A stretch of DNA of 55,114 nt, from contig WRCO01000004.1 of the NCBI GenBank assembly GCA_009783855.1, positions 1 through 55,114 of the forward strand, in the 5' to 3' direction. Source of the DNA: Alphaproteobacteria bacterium (GTDB lineage: Bacteria > Pseudomonadota > Alphaproteobacteria > Rs-D84). Made by a program: the position numbers and the translations under genes. Shown here piece by piece: positions 1 through 9,777 of the stretch; position 1 is the first letter of the stretch, and each line of letters starts with the position of its first letter. Under the pieces are notes generated by a model, which worked only from the letters and a program-made list of their open reading frames with translations, was not told the DNA's origin and did no database searches.

Positions 1-333
1 ATATTTCAATCCGGCACAAGGGTGCTTTATACGGAACGCTTTATAAAAGCGCTTTTCGATACGCATAATTTTTACAAAGTAATCGGCAAGGCGCCCGTGC
101 ATTTCATATTCGCCGGCAACAGCGAGGCCATCGAAAGAGAAGACGCAGGCTCGCTGTTCAAGCATTTCAACGGCGCGGACAAAACGATGCACGTCATACC
201 GGGCGCGATGCATAATTTTACGACCGACCCGAAATCCGACCTGTCCCGAGACGCCGCGCCGACAAGATATCGGCAGACCGTCGCGGAATTATTCGCGAAT
301 TTCGCTTGTAAGCAGCATGCGCTTGCACTATAA
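1..333 (+). CDS. C-terminal part of probable alpha/beta-hydrolase (truncated by window edge)
   Basis: Frame open from base 1; FIFAGNSE...IPGAMHNF resembles the acid/His region of an alpha/beta hydrolase. Confidence 0.5.
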   Translation: MFQSGTRVLYTERFIKALFDTHNFYKVIGKAPVHFIFAGNSEAIEREDAGSLFKHFNGADKTMHVIPGAMHNFTTDPKSDLSRDAAPTRYRQTVAELFANFACKQHALAL

Positions 334-2132
334 TGACCCCTGCTATGAAGAAAAAGCAAACATATATTCCGCCCGCCAACGCAAATCTGGACAACCGCGT
401 AAAGTGGTCGCTTTACAGGCGCGTATGGCGCGAAATCGGCCGCCCGCAAGTAAAATGGCTTTTATCCGGCGTTCTTGCCGCGCTTGTCGCCGCGGGCGCG
501 GAAGCGTATTCAATTACCCTGGTAAGGCAGATAATAGACCAGGGATTCATCGCCCAGAACATGAATCTTTTGTACCTGCTTGGGCTTCAGATAATATTGG
601 CGTTTACGTTGAAATCCGTCGGGGTGTACGCGAAAACGCTTCTTATGGGCAAGGCGGGCCTTATGGCCGCGACCAATCTGCGCAGACGGGTTTACGACCA
701 CATGATGAGGATGCATATAGCGGTCTTCCATGCTTCGCGGTCGGGCAAATTGCTTAACTACTTCGGCGTGCTGTCGGCGAATGTTCTGCACCTTGTCACC
801 GACACGGTAATTTCGACGGTCCAGAATTCGGCGACGCTTTTATTCATGTTCGGCCTTATGCTTTGGTACGCGCCGCAAATGGTTGTGACTTTGTTGTTCC
901 TTGTCCCGGCTATTCTTATGCCATTGTTATGGATTATGCGAAAAAAGCGCAGACTTACGCGCAGCGGGTTCGGCATCGCGGCCGAAAGCCTTAACCACGT
1001 GACGCAATCGATTCAGGGTATAAAAACCATACAGTCGTTCGCGAACGAACGAACGGAATGCGAGACTTATGCCGGCATCGAACTTGCCGGGCGGCGGAAT
1101 TCATACAAACAGATGCGGATATCGGGACTTCAATCGCCGCTTCTTGAAATTATGATTTCGATTGGAATATGCCTTTCCCTTATACTTGGCGGACACTTCA
1201 TCACCACGGGACAGATTACAACCGGCGACTTTGCGGCGTTTATCCTTGCGCTTACCGCGGCGTATCAGCCGGCAAAAAGGATTATGAACGTCGGAAACGG
1301 CCTTCAGTCCGGGTTAATCGCGGCCGAGCAATTGTTTGATTTCCTTGATTCCAAATCGAACATTGTCGACGCGCCGGACGCCGTCGACCTTTCGAACAAA
1401 CCGATTACCATAAAACTGGATAAAGTATCGTTTGCGTATAACGTCGCGGACGGCGAAGTGCTTAACGACGTGTCGCTTGAAGTGCAGCCGGGAACGGTAT
1501 GCGCGCTGGTCGGACCGTCCGGCGGCGGCAAGTCGACCATATTCAATCTTCTTGAACGGTTTTACGACCCGCAAAAGGGCCGCGTCCTGTTCAACGACAA
1601 AGATTTGCGGAAATATAAAATCGAATCGGTTCGAAAGAATATCGCAATGGTGTCCCAAGATGTGTTCCTTTTCCACGGTTCGGTCGCGGACAATATCAAA
1701 TACGGCGTGCCGGACGCGACGCCGGAACAAATCGAAGTGGTGGCGAAATCCGCCAACGCGCACGAATTTATCAAAGACTTGCCGAACGGGTACGACACAA
1801 ACGTCGGCGAACGCGGCGCGAATTTGTCCGGCGGCCAGAAACAGCGCATAGCAATCGCGCGCGCAATACTTAAGGACGCGCCTATACTGTTGCTTGACGA
1901 AGCGACAAGCGCGCTTGACACGCACAGCGAAAAATTAATCCAGGCCGCGCTTAAAAAACTTATGAAAGGCCGCACGACGTTTGTCATCGCGCACCGCTTG
2001 TCGACAATCCTTGATGCGGACCAAATCCTTGTGATAAAAGAAGGCCGCATCATAGAACGCGGCACGGATAAAGAGCTTTGCAAATGCGACGGCGTTTATA
2101 AAAAATTGCGGGATGTGCAGTTGAAGGAATAA
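333..2132 (+). CDS. msbA: ABC transporter permease/ATPase, MsbA-like
   Basis: N-terminal TM domain, Walker A GPSGGGKS, signature LSGGQKQR, Walker B ILLLDEATSALD. Confidence 0.75.
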   Translation: MTPAMKKKQTYIPPANANLDNRVKWSLYRRVWREIGRPQVKWLLSGVLAALVAAGAEAYSITLVRQIIDQGFIAQNMNLLYLLGLQIILAFTLKSVGVYAKTLLMGKAGLMAATNLRRRVYDHMMRMHIAVFHASRSGKLLNYFGVLSANVLHLVTDTVISTVQNSATLLFMFGLMLWYAPQMVVTLLFLVPAILMPLLWIMRKKRRLTRSGFGIAAESLNHVTQSIQGIKTIQSFANERTECETYAGIELAGRRNSYKQMRISGLQSPLLEIMISIGICLSLILGGHFITTGQITTGDFAAFILALTAAYQPAKRIMNVGNGLQSGLIAAEQLFDFLDSKSNIVDAPDAVDLSNKPITIKLDKVSFAYNVADGEVLNDVSLEVQPGTVCALVGPSGGGKSTIFNLLERFYDPQKGRVLFNDKDLRKYKIESVRKNIAMVSQDVFLFHGSVADNIKYGVPDATPEQIEVVAKSANAHEFIKDLPNGYDTNVGERGANLSGGQKQRIAIARAILKDAPILLLDEATSALDTHSEKLIQAALKKLMKGRTTFVIAHRLSTILDADQILVIKEGRIIERGTDKELCKCDGVYKKLRDVQLKE

Positions 2133-2134
2133 GC

Positions 2135-2206
2135 GGCCGGTGACTGGTGGTTCGTGGTTTGCCTGTTTGGGAAATTTTTCCAACAAATTCATACCACCAA
2201 CCGCCA
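2135..2206. repeat. Heptamer-arm element (family A, long core)
   Basis: GGTGACTGGTGGTTCGTGG arm, core TTTGCCTGTTTGGGAAATTTTTCCAACAAATTCAT, ACCACCAACCGCCA arm; near-identical to 50778-50835. Confidence 0.8.
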
Positions 2207-3304
2207 TTACGCCGCTTTCTTCATTCCCGTTCTTACACTGCGCGCGTATTTTCTTATCTCGTCGATTGGCACAAGGTCGCCGTTGCGTTTTTCCGCAGAC
2301 CAATAATCCCAACCGTTGAACGCCGCGCATCGCTGCAGGCGCGCCGCCATGACATGAATCGATGCCTTGCCAAGCAGGGTATGCTGCAGCTGCGCATCCC
2401 TTGTAATCATCACGCGGTCGCCCTTTGCACCGACAAGCGTCTGGCCCGTCTTCAACAGTCCCGCGTCAATAAGTTCTTTGAACGCAATCTTTATTTCTTC
2501 GCGTTTCGCCGCGACTTCTATGGATGACAAATCAACCGACCGCACCGCGTCAAGGCGCCGCTGCGCCGCATGTATGTATTCGTGCGATTGTTCGATGCCG
2601 ATAAAATTCCGTCCCAATTCCTTGGCAACCGCGCCCGTCGTGCCGGTTCCGAAAAACGGGTCAAGAATCACATCGCCCTTGCGCGTCGACGACAATATAA
2701 CGCGCCGTAATAACTCCGCGGGCTTTTGGGTTGAATGAAGCGTCTTGCCCTCTTTGTCTTTTAACCGTTCCGCGCCAAGGCAAATATCAATATGCCAATC
2801 ACTGCGCATCTGTTTTCCGCCGTTGAGTTTTTTTAACGTGTCGTAATTGAAAGTGTATTTCCCGGTCTTTTCGGGCGTCGCCCAAAGCAGGGTTTCATGC
2901 GCGTTCGTAAATCTTGTGCCGCGAAAATTCGGCATCGGGTTGGTTTTCACCCAAATAATATCGTTCAGAATCCAGAATCCGGCGTCCTGCATAAGCGCGC
3001 CAAGTTTGAATATATTGTGATAGCTTCCGATAACCCACATAGCGCCGGCGGGCTTAAGCACGCGGCGGCATTCGGAAAGCCAGTCGCGCGTGAAGCGCTC
3101 GTACGCTTCGTCGCTTTCGAAACAATCCCATTCGTCGCGGACGGCGCGGGCGGCGGTCTGGTCTTCGGGCCGGTACAGCGTTTTTTCGCCCAACTGTAAA
3201 TTGTACGGCGGGTCGGCGAATACGGCATCGACCGACGCGGACGGAATTTCACGCATACGCGCGATACAGTCGCCCTGTAAAATGGAATTCAGGTATTCTC
3301 TCAC
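2207..3304 (-). CDS. ccrM: Cell-cycle regulated adenine DNA methyltransferase (beta class, GANTC type)
   Basis: FADPPYNLQL, NPMPNFRGTRFTNAHETLLW, LDPFFGTGTTG, C-terminal FNGWDYW. Confidence 0.9.
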   Translation of the reverse strand: MREYLNSILQGDCIARMREIPSASVDAVFADPPYNLQLGEKTLYRPEDQTAARAVRDEWDCFESDEAYERFTRDWLSECRRVLKPAGAMWVIGSYHNIFKLGALMQDAGFWILNDIIWVKTNPMPNFRGTRFTNAHETLLWATPEKTGKYTFNYDTLKKLNGGKQMRSDWHIDICLGAERLKDKEGKTLHSTQKPAELLRRVILSSTRKGDVILDPFFGTGTTGAVAKELGRNFIGIEQSHEYIHAAQRRLDAVRSVDLSSIEVAAKREEIKIAFKELIDAGLLKTGQTLVGAKGDRVMITRDAQLQHTLLGKASIHVMAARLQRCAAFNGWDYWSAEKRNGDLVPIDEIRKYARSVRTGMKKAA

Positions 3305-3403
3305 AACACCCCTATTTTACCATAAAATCGACCAGAATCCGAACACCGCGCGGTAAATTTTATAAAATAAATGCCTTGATTTTTTTGAATTCTCTTACCC
3401 GGC

Positions 3404-3435
3404 AATTCATCATTCATAATTCATAATTCATAATT
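3404..3435. repeat. Tandem heptamer array (AATTCAT)x4
   Basis: AATTCAT CATTCAT AATTCAT AATTCAT AATT just upstream of the nrdR promoter. Confidence 0.8.
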
Positions 3436-3441
3436 TTCCCC

Positions 3442-3470
3442 TTGCGAACCGCCAAATTCTGGGCTATTCT
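3442..3470 (+). promoter_or_regulatory. Sigma70-like promoter of nrdR (leaderless)
   Basis: TTGCGA-17-TATTCT, ATG 7 nt downstream. Confidence 0.55.
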
Positions 3471-3477
3471 GCCCCTT

Positions 3478-3993
3478 ATGAGATGTCCGTATTGCAGTCA
3501 TAACGACAGCCAGGTAAAAGACAGCCGCCCCTCCGAAGGGGACGGCACGATTCGCCGACGCAGGATATGCAGCGAATGCGGCGCGCGGTTCACAACGCTT
3601 GAAAGGGTGCAATTGCGAGACCTTATGGTAAAAAAAGTAAGCGGCCAAATAGTCCCCTTTGACCGCGACAAACTTGCCAAAAGCATCCGCATCGCATGCC
3701 GAAAACGCGAAGTGCCGGACAAGCAAATCGAACACATCGTGACCGGAATTCATCGCAAGATGGAACTTGATTCGCCCGACGATATAGTGTCGTCGGAATA
3801 CATCGGCGGGCTTGTCGCGGAATCCTTGATGACGCTTGACCCGATTGCATTCGTGCGTTTCGTATCCGTGTATAAAAAATTCGCGCGCATATCGGATTTC
3901 AAAAAAATCATCGCGCAGATACCCGAAGCGGAGCCGGGCGACAACGCCTGTGAATTGCCGCCCATAAAATACCCGGCGGGAAAACTTTTCTAG
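3478..3993 (+). CDS. nrdR: Transcriptional repressor NrdR
   Basis: MRCPYC...VKDSR...RRRRICSECGARFTTLE zinc ribbon, ATP cone, AFVRFVSVY. Confidence 0.95.
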   Translation: MRCPYCSHNDSQVKDSRPSEGDGTIRRRRICSECGARFTTLERVQLRDLMVKKVSGQIVPFDRDKLAKSIRIACRKREVPDKQIEHIVTGIHRKMELDSPDDIVSSEYIGGLVAESLMTLDPIAFVRFVSVYKKFARISDFKKIIAQIPEAEPGDNACELPPIKYPAGKLF

Positions 3994-3999
3994 GGCAAA

Positions 4000-4118
4000 A
4001 GCATAGATGGAGCATGGATAGTGTCGAGATTAAAAAGATATTTTACGGGTATTGGAAAAGCATCCATGCTCTATGCTCTATGCTTTATGCTCTTTGTTTG
4101 CGGCTTTGCCGCGAACGC
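4000..4118 (+). repeat. Heptamer (TCTATGC) module spanning RBS, GTG start and signal peptide
   Basis: Homologous to 13600-13720 (minus strand); AGCATAGA/GCATGGA arm and TCCATGC-TCTATGC-TCTATGC-TTTATGC arm. Confidence 0.85.
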
Positions 4119-5784
4119 GTCCCAACTTCCCAACATCCTGTCCGACCACGACGCCGATGTGTATTCAAGGATTTTCAAACTTCAGGCCCAGGAACGAATC
4201 GCCGACGCAGCGCGGCTTTACAAAGAAATCCAAGACCCGCTGTTGATGTCGGACGTGCTTCATCAAAAATATATGTCGCGGACCTACCGCACGCCGGCGG
4301 CGGAACTTGCCGAATGGATGCGCCTGTATTGGAACATGCCCGGCGCGCCTGCGATACACGCGCTTGCCAAGCGGCGCGGCGCCGCGACGCGCGCGCCCGT
4401 CGTTCCGGTATCCGTCGCGCTTACCGGCGACCATATCGCGCAATCGGAAAACTGGACAACGCAGCGGTACACGGGCGAAACCGCGCGCCAGATCAATCAA
4501 TTCCGGTCCTTTCTTCGGCGCGGCCATACGCGCAACGCGCGCGCAATTCTTGAAGACCGTTCTTTCAAGCGCCGCGTAAACACGGAAGATTACGGGCGGC
4601 TTGCCGGGCGGCTTGCGTTTATATATTATTCGGGCGGGCATTTCGAACTTGCGCGCGAATGGGGCATGATTGCGGCGGAATCGAAATCCGAATTCGGACT
4701 TTGGACTATGGGTCTTGTGTCGTTCAAACAGGGCGATTTCGACGACGCGCATAATTATTTCGCACTGTTGTCCGAAGTCGGACATATTAACGAAACACGA
4801 AGGGGTGAGGCGGCGTTCTGGGCCGGCCGCGCGGCGGCGGCGAACGGCGACAACCGGACGGCGCGGAAGTTCTGGCGCATTGCGGCGCGGCGCCCCCAGA
4901 CTTTTTACGGCGCATTGGCGGCGGCCATGCTTGGCGAAGTGCCGCGGTACGAATTCTTTGAATCAAACTGGTCAAGGGAAGACATAGCGGAACTTATGCG
5001 TACGGCGTACGGCATGCGCGCGCTTGCGCTTTTGCAAATCGGCGAGAACGCGCGCGCCGAAGGCCATCTTCGCTTTCTTATCGCGGACAGTTCCAACAAC
5101 CGGCTTTTGCACGCGGTGCACGCGGTCGCCGAAGCGGCAAGCCTTGGCCGCACAAGCATGCAGGTGTCCGTGATGATACGCAACCGCGGCATTGTGGAAC
5201 TTGACGACAATGTCATTTCCGCCGCGCAATATCCGATGCCGGGTTGGGAACCGCTTGGCGGATGGTCTATAGACCGCGCCCTGCTCTTTGCCGTCATGCG
5301 ACAGGAATCGGGATTCAAACCGACCGCAAAATCGCGCGTCGGCGCCAAAGGCGTGATGCAGATAATGCCCGGAACCGCGCGCATGGTCGCGCGCCAAAAC
5401 AATATGCGCATGGCCGACATAGACATGTCGCACCCGGAATACAACATGTTTTTGGGGCAACAGCATATTGTGGACTTGCTTGCGCTGCCCAATATTAACA
5501 ACTGCATCATAAGAATGCTTGTCGCGTATAACGCGGGTCCCGTCGCAAAGAACAGATGGGAAAGAAGATTCCAAACGGACGACCCGCTTCTTTATATCGA
5601 AAGCTTTCCGTTCGCCGAGACGCGCGGTTATATAAAGCGCGTGCTGTCCAATCTTTGGATTTATCGCGCGCGGCTTGGTCAACCGCTTACCAACATATCC
5701 GAATTGGCGGACGGCAAATGGCCGAAATACGGCTCGTATGACCAGTATGTGATAACGCTGCCGCGTTCGATTCAACGGATATAA
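4021..5784 (+). CDS. Soluble lytic murein transglycosylase (Slt family)
   Basis: AVMRQESGF, GAKGVMQIMP, AYNAGP, IESFPFAETRGYIKRV; signal peptide. Confidence 0.9.
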   Translation: MSRLKRYFTGIGKASMLYALCFMLFVCGFAANASQLPNILSDHDADVYSRIFKLQAQERIADAARLYKEIQDPLLMSDVLHQKYMSRTYRTPAAELAEWMRLYWNMPGAPAIHALAKRRGAATRAPVVPVSVALTGDHIAQSENWTTQRYTGETARQINQFRSFLRRGHTRNARAILEDRSFKRRVNTEDYGRLAGRLAFIYYSGGHFELAREWGMIAAESKSEFGLWTMGLVSFKQGDFDDAHNYFALLSEVGHINETRRGEAAFWAGRAAAANGDNRTARKFWRIAARRPQTFYGALAAAMLGEVPRYEFFESNWSREDIAELMRTAYGMRALALLQIGENARAEGHLRFLIADSSNNRLLHAVHAVAEAASLGRTSMQVSVMIRNRGIVELDDNVISAAQYPMPGWEPLGGWSIDRALLFAVMRQESGFKPTAKSRVGAKGVMQIMPGTARMVARQNNMRMADIDMSHPEYNMFLGQQHIVDLLALPNINNCIIRMLVAYNAGPVAKNRWERRFQTDDPLLYIESFPFAETRGYIKRVLSNLWIYRARLGQPLTNISELADGKWPKYGSYDQYVITLPRSIQRI

Positions 5785-5788
5785 TTGT

Positions 5789-5811
5789 TGGTGGCCCGTG
5801 CTGGTGATTCG
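5789..5811. repeat. Half copy of family A heptamer element
   Basis: TGGTGGCCCGTGCTGGTGATTCG directly after the slt stop codon. Confidence 0.6.
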
Positions 5812-5909
5812 CAATAGTCCAATATATCGGACAGCCATAATTGACGCATGAAATAAAAAGCTGTCTATTATAATGGACGGCAAACCGTCACAAACACAAG
5901 CTGTTAACC

Positions 5910-6539
5910 ATGAAGTCCCTTCCTGATTTTTCTCTAGAACTTGAATCCGGATTCAACACTGTTGCCGGCGTCGACGAAGCCGGCCGCGGTCCGCTGTGCG
6001 GCCCGGTGGTCGCCGCGGCTGTTATATTCGTGTCGCCTGCTTCCTGTCGCCTGTCGCCTCCTATCGCCGATTCCAAAAAACTATCTTCAAAAGCGCGCGC
6101 CGCCGCGCACGATTGGATTATGAACAACTGTATCGTCGGTGTCGGCGAATGCAGTCCTGAAGAAATCGACGAACTTAACATACTGCATGCGTCAATGCTT
6201 GCCATGAAGCGCGCGATTGCGAATTTATCCGCGCGGCCCGACTTTTGCCTTGTCGATGGAAACAGATTGCCGACGGATGTCAAAGGCCGCGCCGTTGTCG
6301 GCGGCGATGCCAAATCTATATCCGTCGCCGCCGCATCGATAGTCGCGAAAGAGGTCCGCGACAAGATTATGCGCGGCCTTGCCGAAGAATTTCCGGAATA
6401 CGGATGGGAAAGGAATGCCGGGTACCCGACCGCATCGCATTTGCAGGCAATCAAAAAATATGGTATAAATAAGCATTACAGGAAAACATTTTCGCCGGTG
6501 GCGAAAATAATTAAGAATGTTGAAGGGAGTTTTTCATGA
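5910..6539 (+). CDS. rnhB: Ribonuclease HII
   Basis: GVDEAGRGPLCGPVVAAAV, DSKKLS, LVDGN, AAASIVAK, NAGYPT. Confidence 0.95.
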   Translation: MKSLPDFSLELESGFNTVAGVDEAGRGPLCGPVVAAAVIFVSPASCRLSPPIADSKKLSSKARAAAHDWIMNNCIVGVGECSPEEIDELNILHASMLAMKRAIANLSARPDFCLVDGNRLPTDVKGRAVVGGDAKSISVAAASIVAKEVRDKIMRGLAEEFPEYGWERNAGYPTASHLQAIKKYGINKHYRKTFSPVAKIIKNVEGSFS

Positions 6540-7702
6540 CCATTCGCACCATCAATGACCTTTCCGACGTCCGCGGCAAATATATTCTGCTTCGCGATGA
6601 TTTTAATGTCCAGATTATAGACGGGAAAATCATGGACGCGTTTCGTATCGAGCAAAGCATGCCGACCATACGGAAATTAAAGGACATGGGCGCGCGCACC
6701 GCGATTGCCGCGCATCTTGGCCGCCCCGATGGCGCGGATGCAAAATATTCCCTTGCGCCGATTGCGGAATATATGAAAATCCCGCTTGTCCCCGATTGCC
6801 TTTCCAAAGATTTTATGGCGGACATGAAAGACGGCGATGTGGTGTTATTGGAAAACGTCCGCTTTCATGCGGGCGAAGAAGAAAACTGTCCGGAATTCGC
6901 AAAAGAATTGGCGCGCGGGTTCGATGTATACGTGAACGACGCGTTTGCCGTTTCGCACCGCGCGCACGCGTCGCTTGTCGGCGTTACGAAATTCCTGCCG
7001 TCATACGCCGGCGAATTAATGGCAAAGGAAATTTCGGAATTAACACGCGTTATGGAAAATCCGACGCGGCCTTTGCTTGGGCTTATAAGCGGCGCGAAAA
7101 TCAAATCCAAAATCGGCGTTATCAAAGCGTTTGGAAAACTGTGCGATAAAATCATACTTGCGGGCGGCATCGGCACCGGCGTTTTGGCGGCGATGGGCGC
7201 GAAAAATCTTGCGATGACGGCGGACAACCTTGAAAAATATGACGACGAAGTCGTTCATGAAATCATGACGGAATTCGGCGACAAGATTATTCTTCCGCTT
7301 GAAAAAGGCGTCGGCGCCGAATGGTCCAAAGAAACAAAGCGCACGGATAAAATGATGGCGGACATATTGCCGACCGACGTCCCGATGGACGAAGGCCCGG
7401 CATCCGTCGCGGAATTCAACCGCGCGATTGACGACGCGAAAACCATTATATGGAACGGCACGGTCGGCATGGCGGAATGGGCGCCGACATGGTCCGTCGG
7501 TACATTTGCGATTGTGCGGCATATAGCACAGCGCACACGCGACGGCGAATTGGAATCCATCGTTGGCGGCGGCGATACAATCGCGGCGGTCGAAGCGGTC
7601 GGCGCCATAAACGACGTCACATACGCGTCCACCGGCGGCGGCGCGTTTTTGGAATTTATAGAAGGCAAAACTCTGCCCGGCATCGCAGCGCTTGAAAAAT
7701 AA
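6536..7702 (+). CDS. pgk: Phosphoglycerate kinase
   Basis: DFNV, HLGRP, LLENVRF, VNDAFAVSHRAHAS, GGGDT, STGGGAFLEFIEGK. Confidence 0.95.
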   Translation: MTIRTINDLSDVRGKYILLRDDFNVQIIDGKIMDAFRIEQSMPTIRKLKDMGARTAIAAHLGRPDGADAKYSLAPIAEYMKIPLVPDCLSKDFMADMKDGDVVLLENVRFHAGEEENCPEFAKELARGFDVYVNDAFAVSHRAHASLVGVTKFLPSYAGELMAKEISELTRVMENPTRPLLGLISGAKIKSKIGVIKAFGKLCDKIILAGGIGTGVLAAMGAKNLAMTADNLEKYDDEVVHEIMTEFGDKIILPLEKGVGAEWSKETKRTDKMMADILPTDVPMDEGPASVAEFNRAIDDAKTIIWNGTVGMAEWAPTWSVGTFAIVRHIAQRTRDGELESIVGGGDTIAAVEAVGAINDVTYASTGGGAFLEFIEGKTLPGIAALEK

Positions 7703-7703
7703 T

Positions 7704-8591
7704 ATGGGCATATTCAGTAAAATATCTTCATTGTTTTCTAAACGCAAATTGGATGCGGCAACGCTTGACGCGATGTCGGACGCGCTTATTGCCGCGGACA
7801 TTGCGCCCGAAATTGCCGCCGATATTACTGCAAAACTTCGCGCGAAATTTCGACCGGATGCGGACACAACGGAAACAGAAATCAAGCGTGCGCTTGCCGA
7901 CATATTGCGCCCATATGCAGAGAAACTTACAAATCACAAACCACAAATCACTGGTCACGCACAAGAAAAGCCACAGGTTTTTCTTGTGATAGGCGTAAAC
8001 GGCGCGGGCAAAACGACAACCATTGGCAAGCTTGCGAAACAATGGACGGATGCCGGAAAACGCATCGTCATCGGCGCATGCGACACTTTTCGCGCGGCCG
8101 CGAACGAACAGTTGGCGGAATGGGCCGCGCGCGCCGGCGCAAAACTTATTTGCGGCGGTAAAGACCCCGCCGCCGCCGCGTACAAGACAATCGAATTGGC
8201 AGGGCAAGAAAACGCGGATATTGTGATTCTGGACACCGCCGGACGTCTTCATAACCGGACGGATTTGATGGACGAATTATCAAAAATAATCCGCGTTATA
8301 AAAAAACTTGATGAAAGCGCGCCGCATGAAATCCTGTTGACGCTTGACGGCACGGCGGGCCAAAACGCGCTTAATCAAATAGAATATTTTAATAAGACAG
8401 CACCTTTGACAGGATTAATAATAACCAAAATGGACAGTACATCCAAGGGCGGCTTTTTAATAACATACGCCGCCCGCATACCGAATCCAGAATCCCGAAT
8501 CCCGATTTACGCGGTCGGAATGGGCGAAAAAATCACAGATTTGCGCGCCTTTGACGCAAACGAATATATCGAAAAATTATTGGATTTATAA
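7704..8591 (+). CDS. ftsY: SRP receptor FtsY
   Basis: GVNGAGKTTTIGKLA, DTFRAAA, DTAGR, TKMD. Confidence 0.95.
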   Translation: MGIFSKISSLFSKRKLDAATLDAMSDALIAADIAPEIAADITAKLRAKFRPDADTTETEIKRALADILRPYAEKLTNHKPQITGHAQEKPQVFLVIGVNGAGKTTTIGKLAKQWTDAGKRIVIGACDTFRAAANEQLAEWAARAGAKLICGGKDPAAAAYKTIELAGQENADIVILDTAGRLHNRTDLMDELSKIIRVIKKLDESAPHEILLTLDGTAGQNALNQIEYFNKTAPLTGLIITKMDSTSKGGFLITYAARIPNPESRIPIYAVGMGEKITDLRAFDANEYIEKLLDL

Positions 8592-9653
8592 ACAGCACTT
8601 TTTACAGCGCTTGCTGTCCGCAAAGAATTTTCTGTTGTGTTCGATGGACACGTCGTCCGGTTTGAATTGTGCGGCGACTTCGTTGTATTCTTCCGCCCTT
8701 GCCATATCTCCCATGTACGAATGACATAATACAAGCTGCATGGCGGGGATGTATCCGCTGAATTCCGGCAAGATGAATCCGCCGCCGGCCGGCGCGGTAA
8801 AGGCAAGCCTGTACCAATAAGCGGCGATTTGATATTTTTCCGATTCAAGAAATCTGTCGCCCATGGCACAGCATATATTCGGCCGCGGAGCGTCGTAAAG
8901 AAAACTTCGAAACAGCGCATGCAGCGCCGCCTCTCCCTTGTAACTTGTGCCAAGGCAATAACACGCGTATATCTTGTCTTCCATCCAGCCGCCCGGCTGG
9001 GCAAGGAATTTTTCAAACCACACCTGCGCGTCCTGGATGCGGCCGATTTCATTCAATTCTTTGCCGAAATAGAACATATCGCGCGGGGAAAATTCTCTTT
9101 TGTCTTTCAACATGCGTTCAAAAATCTTGACATTGCGCCCGGTATTTATATGCACGCGGCCGTGGCAGATTTCGAAATCCGAACGCATAGTCGGGCCGCG
9201 AATCTCCATACATTCGTGAATAACGCCGATCCACCGCGGCTTTCCGTCGTTTTTCACAAGCCTTTCGCGGTCGAAATAAGCCGTGCATTTGCCCGCAGAA
9301 TCATATATGTAATTATACTGACAAAATACGGCATCCAAATCCGGGGTAAGCAAAGTCTTCAGTTTTTTAAGGTTCTCCCGGTCGATTTCGCGAAGGTAAT
9401 CATCGGCGTCAAGCCACAGAATCCATTCCTTGGTCGCGTGCGAGAACGAAAAATTCCGCGCGGCGCCAAAATCGTCAACCCAATCGAAATGATGAATCTT
9501 GTCGGTGTATTTTGCAGCGATTTCGCGGGTTTTGTCGGTGCTTCCGGTATCGGCGATGATTATTTCGTCCACCAAATCGGCGACACAGGAAAGACAGCGG
9601 TCCAACATCGCTTCTTCATTTTTGACAATCATGCAAAGACTTATCGTCGCCAT
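8586..9653 (-). CDS. Glycosyltransferase family 2 with C-terminal TPR-like helices
   Basis: ISLCMIVKNEE, DTGSTD, DFGAARN, WILWLDADD, IHE. Confidence 0.85.
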   Translation of the reverse strand: MATISLCMIVKNEEAMLDRCLSCVADLVDEIIIADTGSTDKTREIAAKYTDKIHHFDWVDDFGAARNFSFSHATKEWILWLDADDYLREIDRENLKKLKTLLTPDLDAVFCQYNYIYDSAGKCTAYFDRERLVKNDGKPRWIGVIHECMEIRGPTMRSDFEICHGRVHINTGRNVKIFERMLKDKREFSPRDMFYFGKELNEIGRIQDAQVWFEKFLAQPGGWMEDKIYACYCLGTSYKGEAALHALFRSFLYDAPRPNICCAMGDRFLESEKYQIAAYWYRLAFTAPAGGGFILPEFSGYIPAMQLVLCHSYMGDMARAEEYNEVAAQFKPDDVSIEHNRKFFADSKRCKKCCL

Positions 9654-9777
9654 TTTATTTCGGAAACATATTAATATATCCGAAACATAAATTCAAGTGG
9701 TTTTAACGGCCACAAAAATTAGCGAATCGGTTTTTTCTGTGATAAAATCGGTTCGTCACAACTATAGAGGTTTTATT

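Noticed and set aside
2207..3304. Restriction-modification system
   Set aside because: Orphan CcrM-type methyltransferase with no adjacent endonuclease.
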